From Alphaproteobacteria bacterium (GTDB lineage: Bacteria > Pseudomonadota > Alphaproteobacteria > JAAXGF01): 64,000 nucleotides of DNA. Within the stretch, counting starts at the first letter, position 1. Every line of letters begins with the position of its first letter. The position numbers and the translations under genes were made by a program. Location: assembly GCA_963555825.3 (NCBI GenBank), contig CAUVXB020000002.1, forward strand, positions 1,120,001 to 1,184,000. The letters run 5' to 3'. Shown here piece by piece: positions 40,358-49,475 of this stretch. Under the pieces are notes generated by a model, which was not told the DNA's origin, ran no database searches, and saw nothing but the letters and a program-made list of their open reading frames with translations.

Positions 40358-41671
40358 TCAGACCGGCAGGCGCACCAGCGCCCTGAGCCCGCCCGCCTCG
40401 GAGGTCGACAACAACACGTCGCCGCCGTGGCCGCGCACCACGTCGCGGGCGATCGCGAGGCCCAAGCCGACGCCGCCGGTCTCGACGTTGCGCGAGGCGT
40501 CGAGCCGGTGGAAGGCGCGGAACACCGCTTCACGGTCGTCCTCGGGGATGCCCGGCCCGTCATCGTCGATGGCGACCTCGACGACATCGCTGCGGCGTTC
40601 GGCCGCGACGGTGACGTGCTCGCCGTGGCGCAACGCATTTTCCACCAGGTTGGAGAAGCAGCGCTTGAGCGCGTTGGGCCGCACTGGCACGGTGAGGTCG
40701 CCTTTGCTCGTCAGGGCGATATCGCCGCCGTTGCGCCGGCCGCTGGCGACGACCTCGGCGAGCAGGCTCGACAGGTCGGTCGGCGTCGGCGTCTCGGGAC
40801 CCTCGCCCTTGGCGAAACCAAGATAGGCTTCGATCATCTTCTCCATCTCGGCGACGTCGGCCTCGAGGCTGGCGACGTCCTCGCCCTCGCCCAGCATGGC
40901 GAGCTGCAGGCGCATGCGCGTCAGCGGCGTGCGCAGGTCGTGGCTGACGCCGGCGAGCATCTCGGTGCGCTGGGTGATCTGGCGCCGGATGCGCTCGCGC
41001 ATGGCGATGAAGGCGGCCGCCGCCTGGCGCACCTCGCGCGCGCCCTCGGGCTTGAAGTCAACGACCTCGCGGCCCTTGCCGAAGCCTTCGGCGGCCACCG
41101 CGAGCCGGCGGATCGGGCGCATCTGGTTACGCAGGAAATAGATTGCCACGGCGAGCAGCACGATCGAGGAGCCGACCATCCACATGATGAAAATGTAGGT
41201 CGTTGAGCTGAACAGCCGCTTGCGCGAGGTGACCACGTGCATGACGCCGTCGTTGAGCTGCACCGAGATCGCGACGCGCTTGGTCAGGCTGCCCGAAGCG
41301 ACCAGGAAGGGCCGGCCGAGGCGCCGGCTCAGCGTCGGGATCAGATCGGGGTAGAGGTAGATGGTGTCGTCGGGCGCGGTCGTCGTCTCGAGCACCGCGC
41401 CCGCCTCGATGCGCGTATCCAGGCCAAGGAAGACGCGCGACGTCCACAGCACGAAGGCGCGGTCGTCGTCCTCGGGAAACGCCTCCAGCATGCTGATCAC
41501 GGCGCTGATGTCGCCGACCAGGCCGATCGCCAGATAGCGGCTCACCGTGTCCCAGTGGCGTTCGTAGAAGATATAGGCCGAGATCACCTGCAGCAGGATG
41601 AATGGCGTCACGATGATCAACAGCGAGCGGCCGAACAGCGTGCGCGGCACGAGGCGTTTGAGAGGATGCAT
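40358..41671 (-). CDS. EnvZ-like sensor histidine kinase
   Basis: Two TM segments plus HAMP; SHDLRTPLTR, NLVENA, DDDGPGI, GLGLAI. Confidence 0.93.
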   Translation of the reverse strand: MHPLKRLVPRTLFGRSLLIIVTPFILLQVISAYIFYERHWDTVSRYLAIGLVGDISAVISMLEAFPEDDDRAFVLWTSRVFLGLDTRIEAGAVLETTTAPDDTIYLYPDLIPTLSRRLGRPFLVASGSLTKRVAISVQLNDGVMHVVTSRKRLFSSTTYIFIMWMVGSSIVLLAVAIYFLRNQMRPIRRLAVAAEGFGKGREVVDFKPEGAREVRQAAAAFIAMRERIRRQITQRTEMLAGVSHDLRTPLTRMRLQLAMLGEGEDVASLEADVAEMEKMIEAYLGFAKGEGPETPTPTDLSSLLAEVVASGRRNGGDIALTSKGDLTVPVRPNALKRCFSNLVENALRHGEHVTVAAERRSDVVEVAIDDDGPGIPEDDREAVFRAFHRLDASRNVETGGVGLGLAIARDVVRGHGGDVLLSTSEAGGLRALVRLPV

Positions 41672-41697
41672 GGTCGCGGCCCGTCTCCCGATCCCGT

Positions 41698-41967
41698 TAG
41701 TGGATAGAGTCCAACATAGGGCAGCCATACGACGGCGTCCCAAGGTCGTCCGGAAAGGCGCCCGATGTGCGGTGATGCTGGAGAGCATCACAAGCATCGG
41801 GCAACGCATCCGGCGGCCTTGGGACGCCGCCCTTCGGGCGCCATATCCCGGCTTCTCGGGGCGTCGAACACCCTTGCCGATGCCTCGGCATCGCCCGCGG
41901 GCGCTCGCCTGCCGAGAAACCGGGATATGGGATCGTATGGGCACCATATGTTGGACTCTATCCGCTA
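41698..41967. mobile_element. About 270-bp MITE-like element (family 2)
   Basis: About 35-bp imperfect TIRs TAGTGGATAGAGTCCAACATAGGGCAGCCATACGA / TCGTATGGGCACCATATGTTGGACTCTATCCGCTA; TA at both ends. Confidence 0.82.
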
Positions 41968-42648
41968 ATTGGCGCGCAGCACGTAGCCCGCGCCCCATAC
42001 GGTCTGCAGGTAGCGCGGCGCCTTGGGATCGGCCTCGATCTTACGCCGAAGCCGCGCGATCTGCACGTCGATGGTGCGCGGGTTGGCGCCCAGCCTGCTC
42101 TCGCGCCCGAGCCGCTCGCGCGTCAGCGTGACGCCCGGGTTGAGCGCGAAGATGCCGAGCAGCCCGGCCTCGCCCGAGGTCAGCCGCACCGGCTCGTCGC
42201 GGCGGCGGAGCGCGCCGCGCTCGAGATCGAAGCAAAACTCGCCGAAACGGACTTCGGGCTCGGCCGGCGGCACCGGGCCGGCGCGGCGCAGAATGCCGCC
42301 GATGCGCAGCAACAGCTCGCGCGGCTCGAACGGCTTGGGCAGGTAGTCGTCGGCGCCGCTCTCGAGCCCGGCGATGCGGTCGTCGGCGTCGCCCATCGCG
42401 GTCAACAGGAGGATCGGCACGCCTGAGTCGCGGCGTAGCGACTCGGTCAGTTCGAGGCCGCTTTCGCCCGGCATCATGACATCGAGCACGATCATGTCGA
42501 AGGCGAGGCCGGCGAGTCGCGCGCGGGCGGCGGCTGCGTTCTCGGCGGTGGTCACGCGGAAGCCATTGTCGGCCAGGTACTTGCGCAACAGGTCGCGCAG
42601 GCGGCGATCGTCGTCGACGACCAGGATATGCGGCGGCTCGGCGGTCAC
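41965..42648 (-). CDS. OmpR-family response regulator (PetR-like)
   Basis: VVDDD, LDVMMPG, GADDYLPKPF, winged-helix tail QTVWGAGY. Confidence 0.93.
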   Translation of the reverse strand: MTAEPPHILVVDDDRRLRDLLRKYLADNGFRVTTAENAAAARARLAGLAFDMIVLDVMMPGESGLELTESLRRDSGVPILLLTAMGDADDRIAGLESGADDYLPKPFEPRELLLRIGGILRRAGPVPPAEPEVRFGEFCFDLERGALRRRDEPVRLTSGEAGLLGIFALNPGVTLTRERLGRESRLGANPRTIDVQIARLRRKIEADPKAPRYLQTVWGAGYVLRAN

Positions 42649-42685
42649 GGCCCGCCCGGTCGCGCGGTTTGCGGTGTGTCCGGCG

Positions 42686-43165
42686 TCATTCCCCGATCGC
42701 CTCGCGGTATTCGTCGTCGACCAGCCCGATCAGCACCTTGCGGTAGCCGTCGACCGCCTGCGCGCCGGCCTCGCGGTAGGCGCGGGCGATGCGCGCACGC
42801 TGTGTCGCGGTCAATTGATGCTCGAGCTCGACGCCGGCCTCGGTCAGGTGTAACAGCCGCTGGCGGCGGTCGCGCGTGCCCTTGCGCTGGACGATCATGC
42901 CTTCGCGCACCAGCTGGCGCAGCACCCGCGACAGGCTCTGCTTGGTGATGCGCAGAATGCGCAACAACTCGCTGACCGTGATGCCCGGGTTGCGGCCGAC
43001 GAAGTAGATGACCCGGTGGTGGGCCCGGCCGAACTTGTAGCGCGCGAGCATGGCGTCGGGCTCGGCGGTGAAGTCGCGGTAGGCGTAAAACAACAGCTCG
43101 ATGCCGCGGCGCAATTCCTCCTCGCGCAGGAACAGCGGGTTGGCCGAGGGAATTACGTCAGTCAT
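42686..43165 (-). CDS. MarR family regulator (PetP-like)
   Basis: ELLFYAYRDFT..PD, GRAHHR, ITKQSLSRVL. Confidence 0.9.
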   Translation of the reverse strand: MTDVIPSANPLFLREEELRRGIELLFYAYRDFTAEPDAMLARYKFGRAHHRVIYFVGRNPGITVSELLRILRITKQSLSRVLRQLVREGMIVQRKGTRDRRQRLLHLTEAGVELEHQLTATQRARIARAYREAGAQAVDGYRKVLIGLVDDEYREAIGE

Positions 43166-43250
43166 GTTGACTTATATGCCGCCGAATGCTACGCAAACGC
43201 AAGACCTTTTGAAACGGCGCAGACTGCGCGCAACCCGGAAAGCCCCGCAG

Positions 43251-44126
43251 ATGAGCATGTTACCCTACGATGATCGCGACGGCGTCATCTGGTTGAACGG
43301 TGCGTTGACCCCGTGGCGCGACGCGAAACTGCACGTACTGAGCCACGGCCTGCACTACGCGAGCTGCGTGTTCGAGGGCGAGCGCGTCTACGGCGGCAAG
43401 ATCTACAAGCTGACCGAACATTCCGAGCGGCTGCATGAGTCCGCGACGCTGATGGGCTTCGAAATTCCTTATACGGTCGCCGAACTCGATGCAGTGTGCA
43501 ACCAGCTCATCGCCGAGAACGGCATCGTCGACGGCTATGTCCGTCCCTTCGCGTGGCGCGGCAGCGAGATGATGGCAGTCTCGGCGCAGCAAACCAAGAT
43601 TCACGTCGCGGTCGCCGCCTGGGAGTGGCCGGCCTATTTCGGCGACGAGGCGCGCACCCGCGGCATCAAGCTCGCGTTCGCCGAGTACCGCCGTCCGTCG
43701 CCCGAGACGGCGCCAGCCAAGAGCAAGGCGGCCGGTCTCTACATGATCTGCACGCTGTCCAAGCACTTGGCCGAGGCACAAGGCTACCAGGACGCCCTGA
43801 TGCTCGATTGGCGCGGCCGCGTCGCCGAGGCGACCGGCGCCAATATCTTCATGGCCAAGGACGGCGCGCTGCACACGCCGACGCCGGATTGTTTTCTGGA
43901 TGGCATCACGCGGCGCACGGTGATCGGCTTGGCCCAGGCGCGCGGCATCGAAGTCATCGAACGCGTCATCATGCCCGACGAGCTGGGCGATTTCGACGAG
44001 GTGTTCCTGACCGGCACCGCGGCCGAGGTCACCCCGATCGCCGAGATCGACCCGCACCACTATCAAGTCGGGCCGATCACCCGGAAGCTGATGGACGATT
44101 ACGTGAAGGAGGTGCGGGGGGCTTAG
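43251..44126 (+). CDS. ilvE: Branched-chain amino acid aminotransferase
   Basis: HGLHYASCVFEG, KAAGLY, EATGAN, LDGITR, GTAAEVTP. Confidence 0.94.
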   Translation: MSMLPYDDRDGVIWLNGALTPWRDAKLHVLSHGLHYASCVFEGERVYGGKIYKLTEHSERLHESATLMGFEIPYTVAELDAVCNQLIAENGIVDGYVRPFAWRGSEMMAVSAQQTKIHVAVAAWEWPAYFGDEARTRGIKLAFAEYRRPSPETAPAKSKAAGLYMICTLSKHLAEAQGYQDALMLDWRGRVAEATGANIFMAKDGALHTPTPDCFLDGITRRTVIGLAQARGIEVIERVIMPDELGDFDEVFLTGTAAEVTPIAEIDPHHYQVGPITRKLMDDYVKEVRGA

Positions 44127-44156
44127 GGGAGCCTTAGAGAGGCCCGCGACGTTTCG

Positions 44157-46292
44157 CTAGAGTGCTACCACCCTGTTTTGACGACTTACTTTCTCTGTAT
44201 TCTGCGACGTGTATTGCGCGGCGCCAGCGGTCGCGCCCTCCTGGAGAACATCGATGATCGCGGCGTGATCGTCGAGGATGTCGCGGGCCTCGGCAAGCAT
44301 GGCGACGTACTGCGCTTTCAATGCCGCTTTGGCAGCCGCCAGCTGTGATTCGGCAGCGGCCAGCTCGGCCTTTGCCGCGGCCGCCTTGGCTCGCATCAGG
44401 GCAGCGTGGGCAAACCGATTCGCGTCGTCGCCGTTTGTCGTGGTCCCTTCTACTTCCGGCGTCTGGGCCTTTTTCCGCGCCTCGTCAGCGTAAACTTCCG
44501 CCTTGCGCCCATCTTCGATCGCTTGACGGCTGCTCGGGGAAGCGGCATGCGCCTCGGCCTTTAGCCCGGCACGGATCGCGATCTCGTCGGCCCTGTTCGC
44601 TGTGTCCGTCGCATTGGCATTTGGTTTTTCGGGGTCCGGTTGGGGCACGAGGATCTTGACGCCGCCCTCGCCGAGCCCGGCTTTGTTTTCCGCGCCCTTC
44701 GCCGCTGACTCCGCACCCATTGCAGTGCCTGTATTCGTGTTAACGCCAGCCTTGGCACCAGTCACCTCACCCAGTTTGTCCTGGTAGTCCATGGCTGTAT
44801 TGGTTCTTAGCTCCTCAATTTCTTTGAGCGCGCGGTCATGGAGCGCCGCGACATTGAAGCCGCCGGCGGTGGCGCCACCATCGCCCATTTGTCCGCGCGT
44901 GAGACGGCTCGCCGTGGCGAGCACCGAATCCAACGCTCCGCTGCTTCCACCGCTGGCGACGGCCGTGGCAACCGCCTTGATCGCGGCCTTCGTGACGTCG
45001 GTGTAGGCCTCGACCAGCTCAGTCGGGTCGCTGTCGAAGGACTTCAGGTTCCAGTTGCCGATGTCGTCCTTGATCAGCGCCATGGCCACTTCGCCCTGAC
45101 CGCTGGTATAGACCGTATTGACCTTCGACCAGTTCATGTCGGCGAACAGCCGCTCAATGACGCGCACCCGGTCGGTCGTTTCCTCGGACGAGAAGGCGTT
45201 GAGTGGATGGAGAATCATCTCCTCAATGAGCGCCGGCGCCGCCGCGCGGTTCCATATATAGAGGTTGAGGAAATCGGTCGGCATCGTGTCGCGCAAATAG
45301 ACCGATGTCGCCAGCTCCTGTCTCGGCCGTCCCTCGCCCGCAATCTGCTTGAGCAGCGCATCGGCGCGCGATTCAATCTGGTTGGCCATTTCGGATGCGA
45401 AATTGGAGAAGTTTGTCATGCTGATCCGCACCAGCCGGTTCTGCGGCGGGGCGGCAGTATGAGCCTCCGACCAATAGATCGCCTTGGATTTGAAGATGGT
45501 GGCGACCTCGGCCGAATCTTGGAGGATATTCTTGACCATTGGTTGGTCGGGAACGCCGGCCAAATCAGCGTGGCCAATACTCTCCTCGACTTTCCGAATT
45601 CGCGTAAGCAGTTGCACGATGTCATCGTGAAGTTGCGCGCTCATCAGGCAGCCTGCGTAGGTATCAAGTTCCCAGATGAAACCGGTAAGTTTTCGCTTCA
45701 TAGAATATGTGGAACAGAATTCTATTACTTTCGGTCGGAACTCCAAATTCAACATATTCTGGATTTCAACGATTTTTTTCGAAATTTCTTCCTGATTCTC
45801 GGTCTTTAAGTTTTCCAGCGCCAAGTCTTCCAGCGCCAAATTTATTGTCGACAAGTCCTCGGTAGGCGTCCTGCTAGTCTTCAAATTCTCGACTTCGGAT
45901 ACCACGCGTCTTGTGCTGCCTTGCCCCGATGTGCCTGAAGAATTCGAGCCCGATGATGGCGATTGAATTTTTAGCCTGGTGGGTTTATCGAGTGGCCAGA
46001 TTATGTCTTGGTAATTCGGCAGAAAGCCATTTTTTGCCGCCGTAACGATGACCACATCGTTTAACGCGGTAAGGGCGTTTGGGACTTCCCTGATCAGCGC
46101 CTTGAGTGCAGCCCACTGGATCTCGGGCTCCTTCGAGAGCGGGCCCTTGTAGACCTCGACTTCGACACGCATGGACGCAGCGCCATGGAACGGCCCCTTG
46201 GCACAGGCCGACAGGCCGAGCGACGCGGCGACGGCGAAGGCGGCGCAAGTTGCGGCGCGCGGGAACTGCCTGAACATTATCCGTCCCCTCAT
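44157..46292 (-). CDS. 711-aa uncharacterised lipoprotein
   Basis: Signal peptide with lipobox LSAC; long open frame; helical and Ala-rich; no family recognised. Confidence 0.8.
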   Translation of the reverse strand: MRGRIMFRQFPRAATCAAFAVAASLGLSACAKGPFHGAASMRVEVEVYKGPLSKEPEIQWAALKALIREVPNALTALNDVVIVTAAKNGFLPNYQDIIWPLDKPTRLKIQSPSSGSNSSGTSGQGSTRRVVSEVENLKTSRTPTEDLSTINLALEDLALENLKTENQEEISKKIVEIQNMLNLEFRPKVIEFCSTYSMKRKLTGFIWELDTYAGCLMSAQLHDDIVQLLTRIRKVEESIGHADLAGVPDQPMVKNILQDSAEVATIFKSKAIYWSEAHTAAPPQNRLVRISMTNFSNFASEMANQIESRADALLKQIAGEGRPRQELATSVYLRDTMPTDFLNLYIWNRAAAPALIEEMILHPLNAFSSEETTDRVRVIERLFADMNWSKVNTVYTSGQGEVAMALIKDDIGNWNLKSFDSDPTELVEAYTDVTKAAIKAVATAVASGGSSGALDSVLATASRLTRGQMGDGGATAGGFNVAALHDRALKEIEELRTNTAMDYQDKLGEVTGAKAGVNTNTGTAMGAESAAKGAENKAGLGEGGVKILVPQPDPEKPNANATDTANRADEIAIRAGLKAEAHAASPSSRQAIEDGRKAEVYADEARKKAQTPEVEGTTTNGDDANRFAHAALMRAKAAAAKAELAAAESQLAAAKAALKAQYVAMLAEARDILDDHAAIIDVLQEGATAGAAQYTSQNTEKVSRQNRVVAL

Positions 46293-46732
46293 GGTTTCTT
46301 TTCCGGTCCGCTCGAATTCACTCCGGCGGGTCGTACTGCTTGATGACCTTGCCGAGAGCATCCTTGGGCGCCGTCGGTTCAGCCGTCTCGAGCCGATCGA
46401 GGACACGCTCGGCGCGGACGATCCGCAAGCGTTCCTCGACCAGCGGCAGCAGCATTGCGCTGCGGCTTGGCTGTTCGTTGAGCACCCGGCTCGACAATTC
46501 CTTGAGCGCGCCGATCAGCGGCTTGGCGCTGGATGACATGGCCAGGATCAGGCGCTCGTCCTGATTGAATGTCCGCCAGCCTTCGGGCCCCAGAATCTGG
46601 AAACCGCGCCGCGCGTCGCCGCATTCGAGGACCAAGGCATCCTTTGTCGCCGAGGCTACGTTGAACTGGCCGAGCTGATATGCGGCATCGCCGATGGCGG
46701 TGACCATCTCACCGATTTTGCTAATAACTTTA

Positions 46733-47452
46733 CGGGCTGTCCTAGCTAAGGGCGTTTCTGTCTCAAAATAATCCATGTCTTCAATTGGTTAAGCAGTTCT
46801 CGGTGGTCACCTCCGTTGAACCGCCATTCGCACTCCTTGAGGAACAGGTGAAAGCTCTGTTTCGGGACGCCATTGAAGCGCCGTAAATGCCGCTTCGCCT
46901 GGTTCCAGAAGTTCTCGATCCCGTTGATATGGCTCCGCTCGTCGACGAACCGCTCCGAGTGATTGATCCGAACATGGTGGAAGTCCGAAACGTCCAGGGC
47001 ATCATAGCTCGAAAAGCCGTCCGTATAGACGATGCTGTCAGGCCGGATCATACGCTCCATAATCGGCATCAACGTGGCAGTCCGGGCATTGGGAATCATC
47101 GCCGTGTAGACCTTCCCACCTCGCTTCAAAAGCCCGAAAACCGGGACTTTTCCGCCAGCGCCTCGACCCCGCTTGCCTTTGCGGCGGCCGCCAAAATAAC
47201 TCTCATCAACCTCGATCTCTCCGGCAAAAGGCGAGGCCTTCTCCATTTCCTCGGCAATCACCTTGCGAAGCCGAGTATAAAACGAGGCCGCCGTGTTCCG
47301 GTGGACGCCAACCAGTTCGGCTGCTGCCCGAGCCGTCGTACCCGCAACGAAGTGCTCAATCAGACGACCGCGCTTCCAATCACTGAGCCGGCTTTTCCTC
47401 TCGTACATCCCGCCATCCTAGCCTAAGCATGCCGCTTAGCTAGGACAGCCCC
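46733..47452 (-). mobile_element. IS1595-family element, copy 2
   Basis: Same IRs and length as copy 1; flanks TAACTTTA / TAACTTTT. Confidence 0.93.
46746..47408 (-). CDS. IS1595 family transposase
   Basis: Identical translation to 38457-39119. Confidence 0.95.
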   Translation of the reverse strand: MYERKSRLSDWKRGRLIEHFVAGTTARAAAELVGVHRNTAASFYTRLRKVIAEEMEKASPFAGEIEVDESYFGGRRKGKRGRGAGGKVPVFGLLKRGGKVYTAMIPNARTATLMPIMERMIRPDSIVYTDGFSSYDALDVSDFHHVRINHSERFVDERSHINGIENFWNQAKRHLRRFNGVPKQSFHLFLKECEWRFNGGDHRELLNQLKTWIILRQKRP

Positions 47453-48586
47453 TAACTTTTTTCGGTTCATCGATAGTTTTCGAGCCCTCTGCGTGTTCGA
47501 CCGCGGTGTCAATGTGTTGATTTGTGCCGTCGGTGGTTGTCACCAATTTCGATTTCGCCGCCTCGGCGGCACGGGCTGCCGTCTCGGCAGCGTCTTTGAG
47601 CATTTTGATTGCGGCAGCTTTGGATTCCGGAGTTGCGGCCGAATCTTGGACCGCGGTATTCGCAACGACCAAAGCGGTGATTAGAGTACCCCTTAGCTCT
47701 AGGAGCGTTTTCCCAGCGTTTTCCGCCGCGTCCATTCGGTCGAGAACCGGCTGAAGGTTCGCGCCGCCGATTATTGTTATTTGGCCCCTGATGGCATTTC
47801 GGAATTCGCCTAGGAGCTTCTTCGATTCGGCGTCGATGTCGCCATTTTTGTCCTTAAGGCTATTCTTCAACCGGTCATATTCCGCGAGCAGGCGCGCGAG
47901 ATCATCGAACTGGCGATTGCGCGCGGCGGCCCGTTCGGTCTCTTCGCGCGATTCGAAATGGAACCGGCCGCTTTTCTCGTCAAACACGACCGCGGCGCCC
48001 AACGGATCGATCTCCGATTTGTGCAGGGTTCCCGATTCGAAATGGATCTTGCTGAACAGCGAATCTGCCTTGCCGGTCATGTGGAACCGGTAAAGCGAGT
48101 CGATGGCGATGCTATACGGTCCTTCGTTGTCCTTAGTGAAGGTGCCCGTAGCGTCGGAGCGCGGTTCCTCCCTTGGTACGATGCCCTGGCAGGCGTCGAA
48201 GACGCGGAAGTAATAGGTCGTTCGGAAGCGGACGTCGTCGTCCTGGTGGCGCGGGTCGATACCGGCGCGCACCTCCATATGCTGGGGCAGCGCGCAAGCG
48301 GCCAGGAGGAGCGCAGCCAAGCCCGCAAGAACCAAAGCGCTGATCGCACGGATACCCCGCGTCTCAACGCGCACTCTCCTAGACACCCCCATAGCTTAAC
48401 CACCATATATTGTGGTTCACTACAAGATATTGTGGCACGTTGGGAGTACGCCTACAAGAGATTTGACCGCCGTTCAGAGATTATTTATTGAAACTTGCCC
48501 GCCATACGCGAATGCTCGGCGGTGTGCCGGTTGGCGCTTCGCGCGCGCTGGCGCGCGGCCTTTTCCGGGGGCGCGGCCCCCGGACC

Positions 48587-49042
48587 CTATTTCTCGATCC
48601 AGCGCTTCGCCGCGGCCTCGTCCGTATCGCGCGCGTCGACCCATTTTGAGCCGGCCGCCGTCTCCTCGAGCTTCCAGAAGGGCGCCTTGGTCTTGAGCCA
48701 GTCGATCAGGTAGGCGCAGGCCTCGAGCGCCGCCTGGCGATGCGCCGAGGCGGTGGCGACCAGGACGATGTTGGCGCCCGGCTCCAAGCGACCGTAGCGG
48801 TGGATGATGAGGCACGCCTCGAGCGGCCAGCGCTGGCGCGCCTCGGCCTCGATCTCGGCCAGCGCGCGTTCGGTCATGCCGGGGTAGTGCTCGAGCGTCA
48901 TGGAGCCGATCTTCGCCTCGCCGGCCATCTCGCGCACCACGCCGACGAAGCTCGCGATGCCGCCCACCGCGTGGTTGCCGGCGCTGAGCGCGGCGAGCTC
49001 GGCGCCGACGTCGAAGTCGTCTTGCTGGACACGGACGGTCAT
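48587..49042 (-). CDS. moaE: Molybdopterin synthase catalytic subunit
   Basis: LEHYPGM, HR.G.L, SAHR, LKTKAPFWK. Confidence 0.95.
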   Translation of the reverse strand: MTVRVQQDDFDVGAELAALSAGNHAVGGIASFVGVVREMAGEAKIGSMTLEHYPGMTERALAEIEAEARQRWPLEACLIIHRYGRLEPGANIVLVATASAHRQAALEACAYLIDWLKTKAPFWKLEETAAGSKWVDARDTDEAAAKRWIEK

Positions 49043-49134
49043 CGACCCCGCCCACTCGTACCGACAAGCCAATGCATTGGCTTGTCGTATGATCCCTCAG
49101 TCGCCGGGCGCGGACATCCGTCCGCTTGGCTTTC

Positions 49135-49184
49135 GCCGAACGGTCGGCGGCCCCCCTCTTGTCGCGATAAGATTGGCGCGGGCT
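49135..49184 (+). repeat. Repeat family 1, partial copy E
   Basis: GCCGAACGGTCGGCGGCCCCCCTCTTGTC....AGATTGGCGCGGGCT as in copy B. Confidence 0.75.
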
Positions 49185-49223
49185 CCGGCCACCGAATCGA
49201 ACCGGTCGCTTTGCTGGCCTGTA

Positions 49224-49475
49224 TCATCCGCCGGTTACCGGCGGGAACAGGGCGATCTCGTCGCCGGCGGCGACCGGGTGGTCGAGCGCGACATATACCT
49301 GGTTGACCGCGACGCGGACCAGCGACAGATCGGCCAACGCATCGGCGTAGCCGCCGCCGCGGCCCTTAAGCCAGTCGAGCAATGCGGCGACGTCGGCGAC
49401 GCCCTCGGGCGGCTCGATCTCCTCCGATCCGGTGCCGATCTTGGTGCGCAGCCAGGCGAAGTATAAGAGTTTCAT
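49224..49475 (-). CDS. moaD: Molybdopterin synthase sulfur carrier
   Basis: LLYFAWLR..AVNQ..DEIALFPPVTGG. Confidence 0.95.
   Translation of the reverse strand: MKLLYFAWLRTKIGTGSEEIEPPEGVADVAALLDWLKGRGGGYADALADLSLVRVAVNQVYVALDHPVAAGDEIALFPPVTGG

Larger units (their letters stand above)
46318..48392 (-). pseudogene. 448-aa uncharacterised lipoprotein split by IS1595
   Basis: Lipobox LAAC; ...DEPKKV joins ISKIGEMV... in frame after removing the IS and one duplication copy (1347 nt). Confidence 0.82.

Noticed and set aside
41672-41998. Long N-terminal extension of the histidine kinase in the ORF track
   Set aside because: Read-through of the MITE; the true start is more plausibly ATG 41671.
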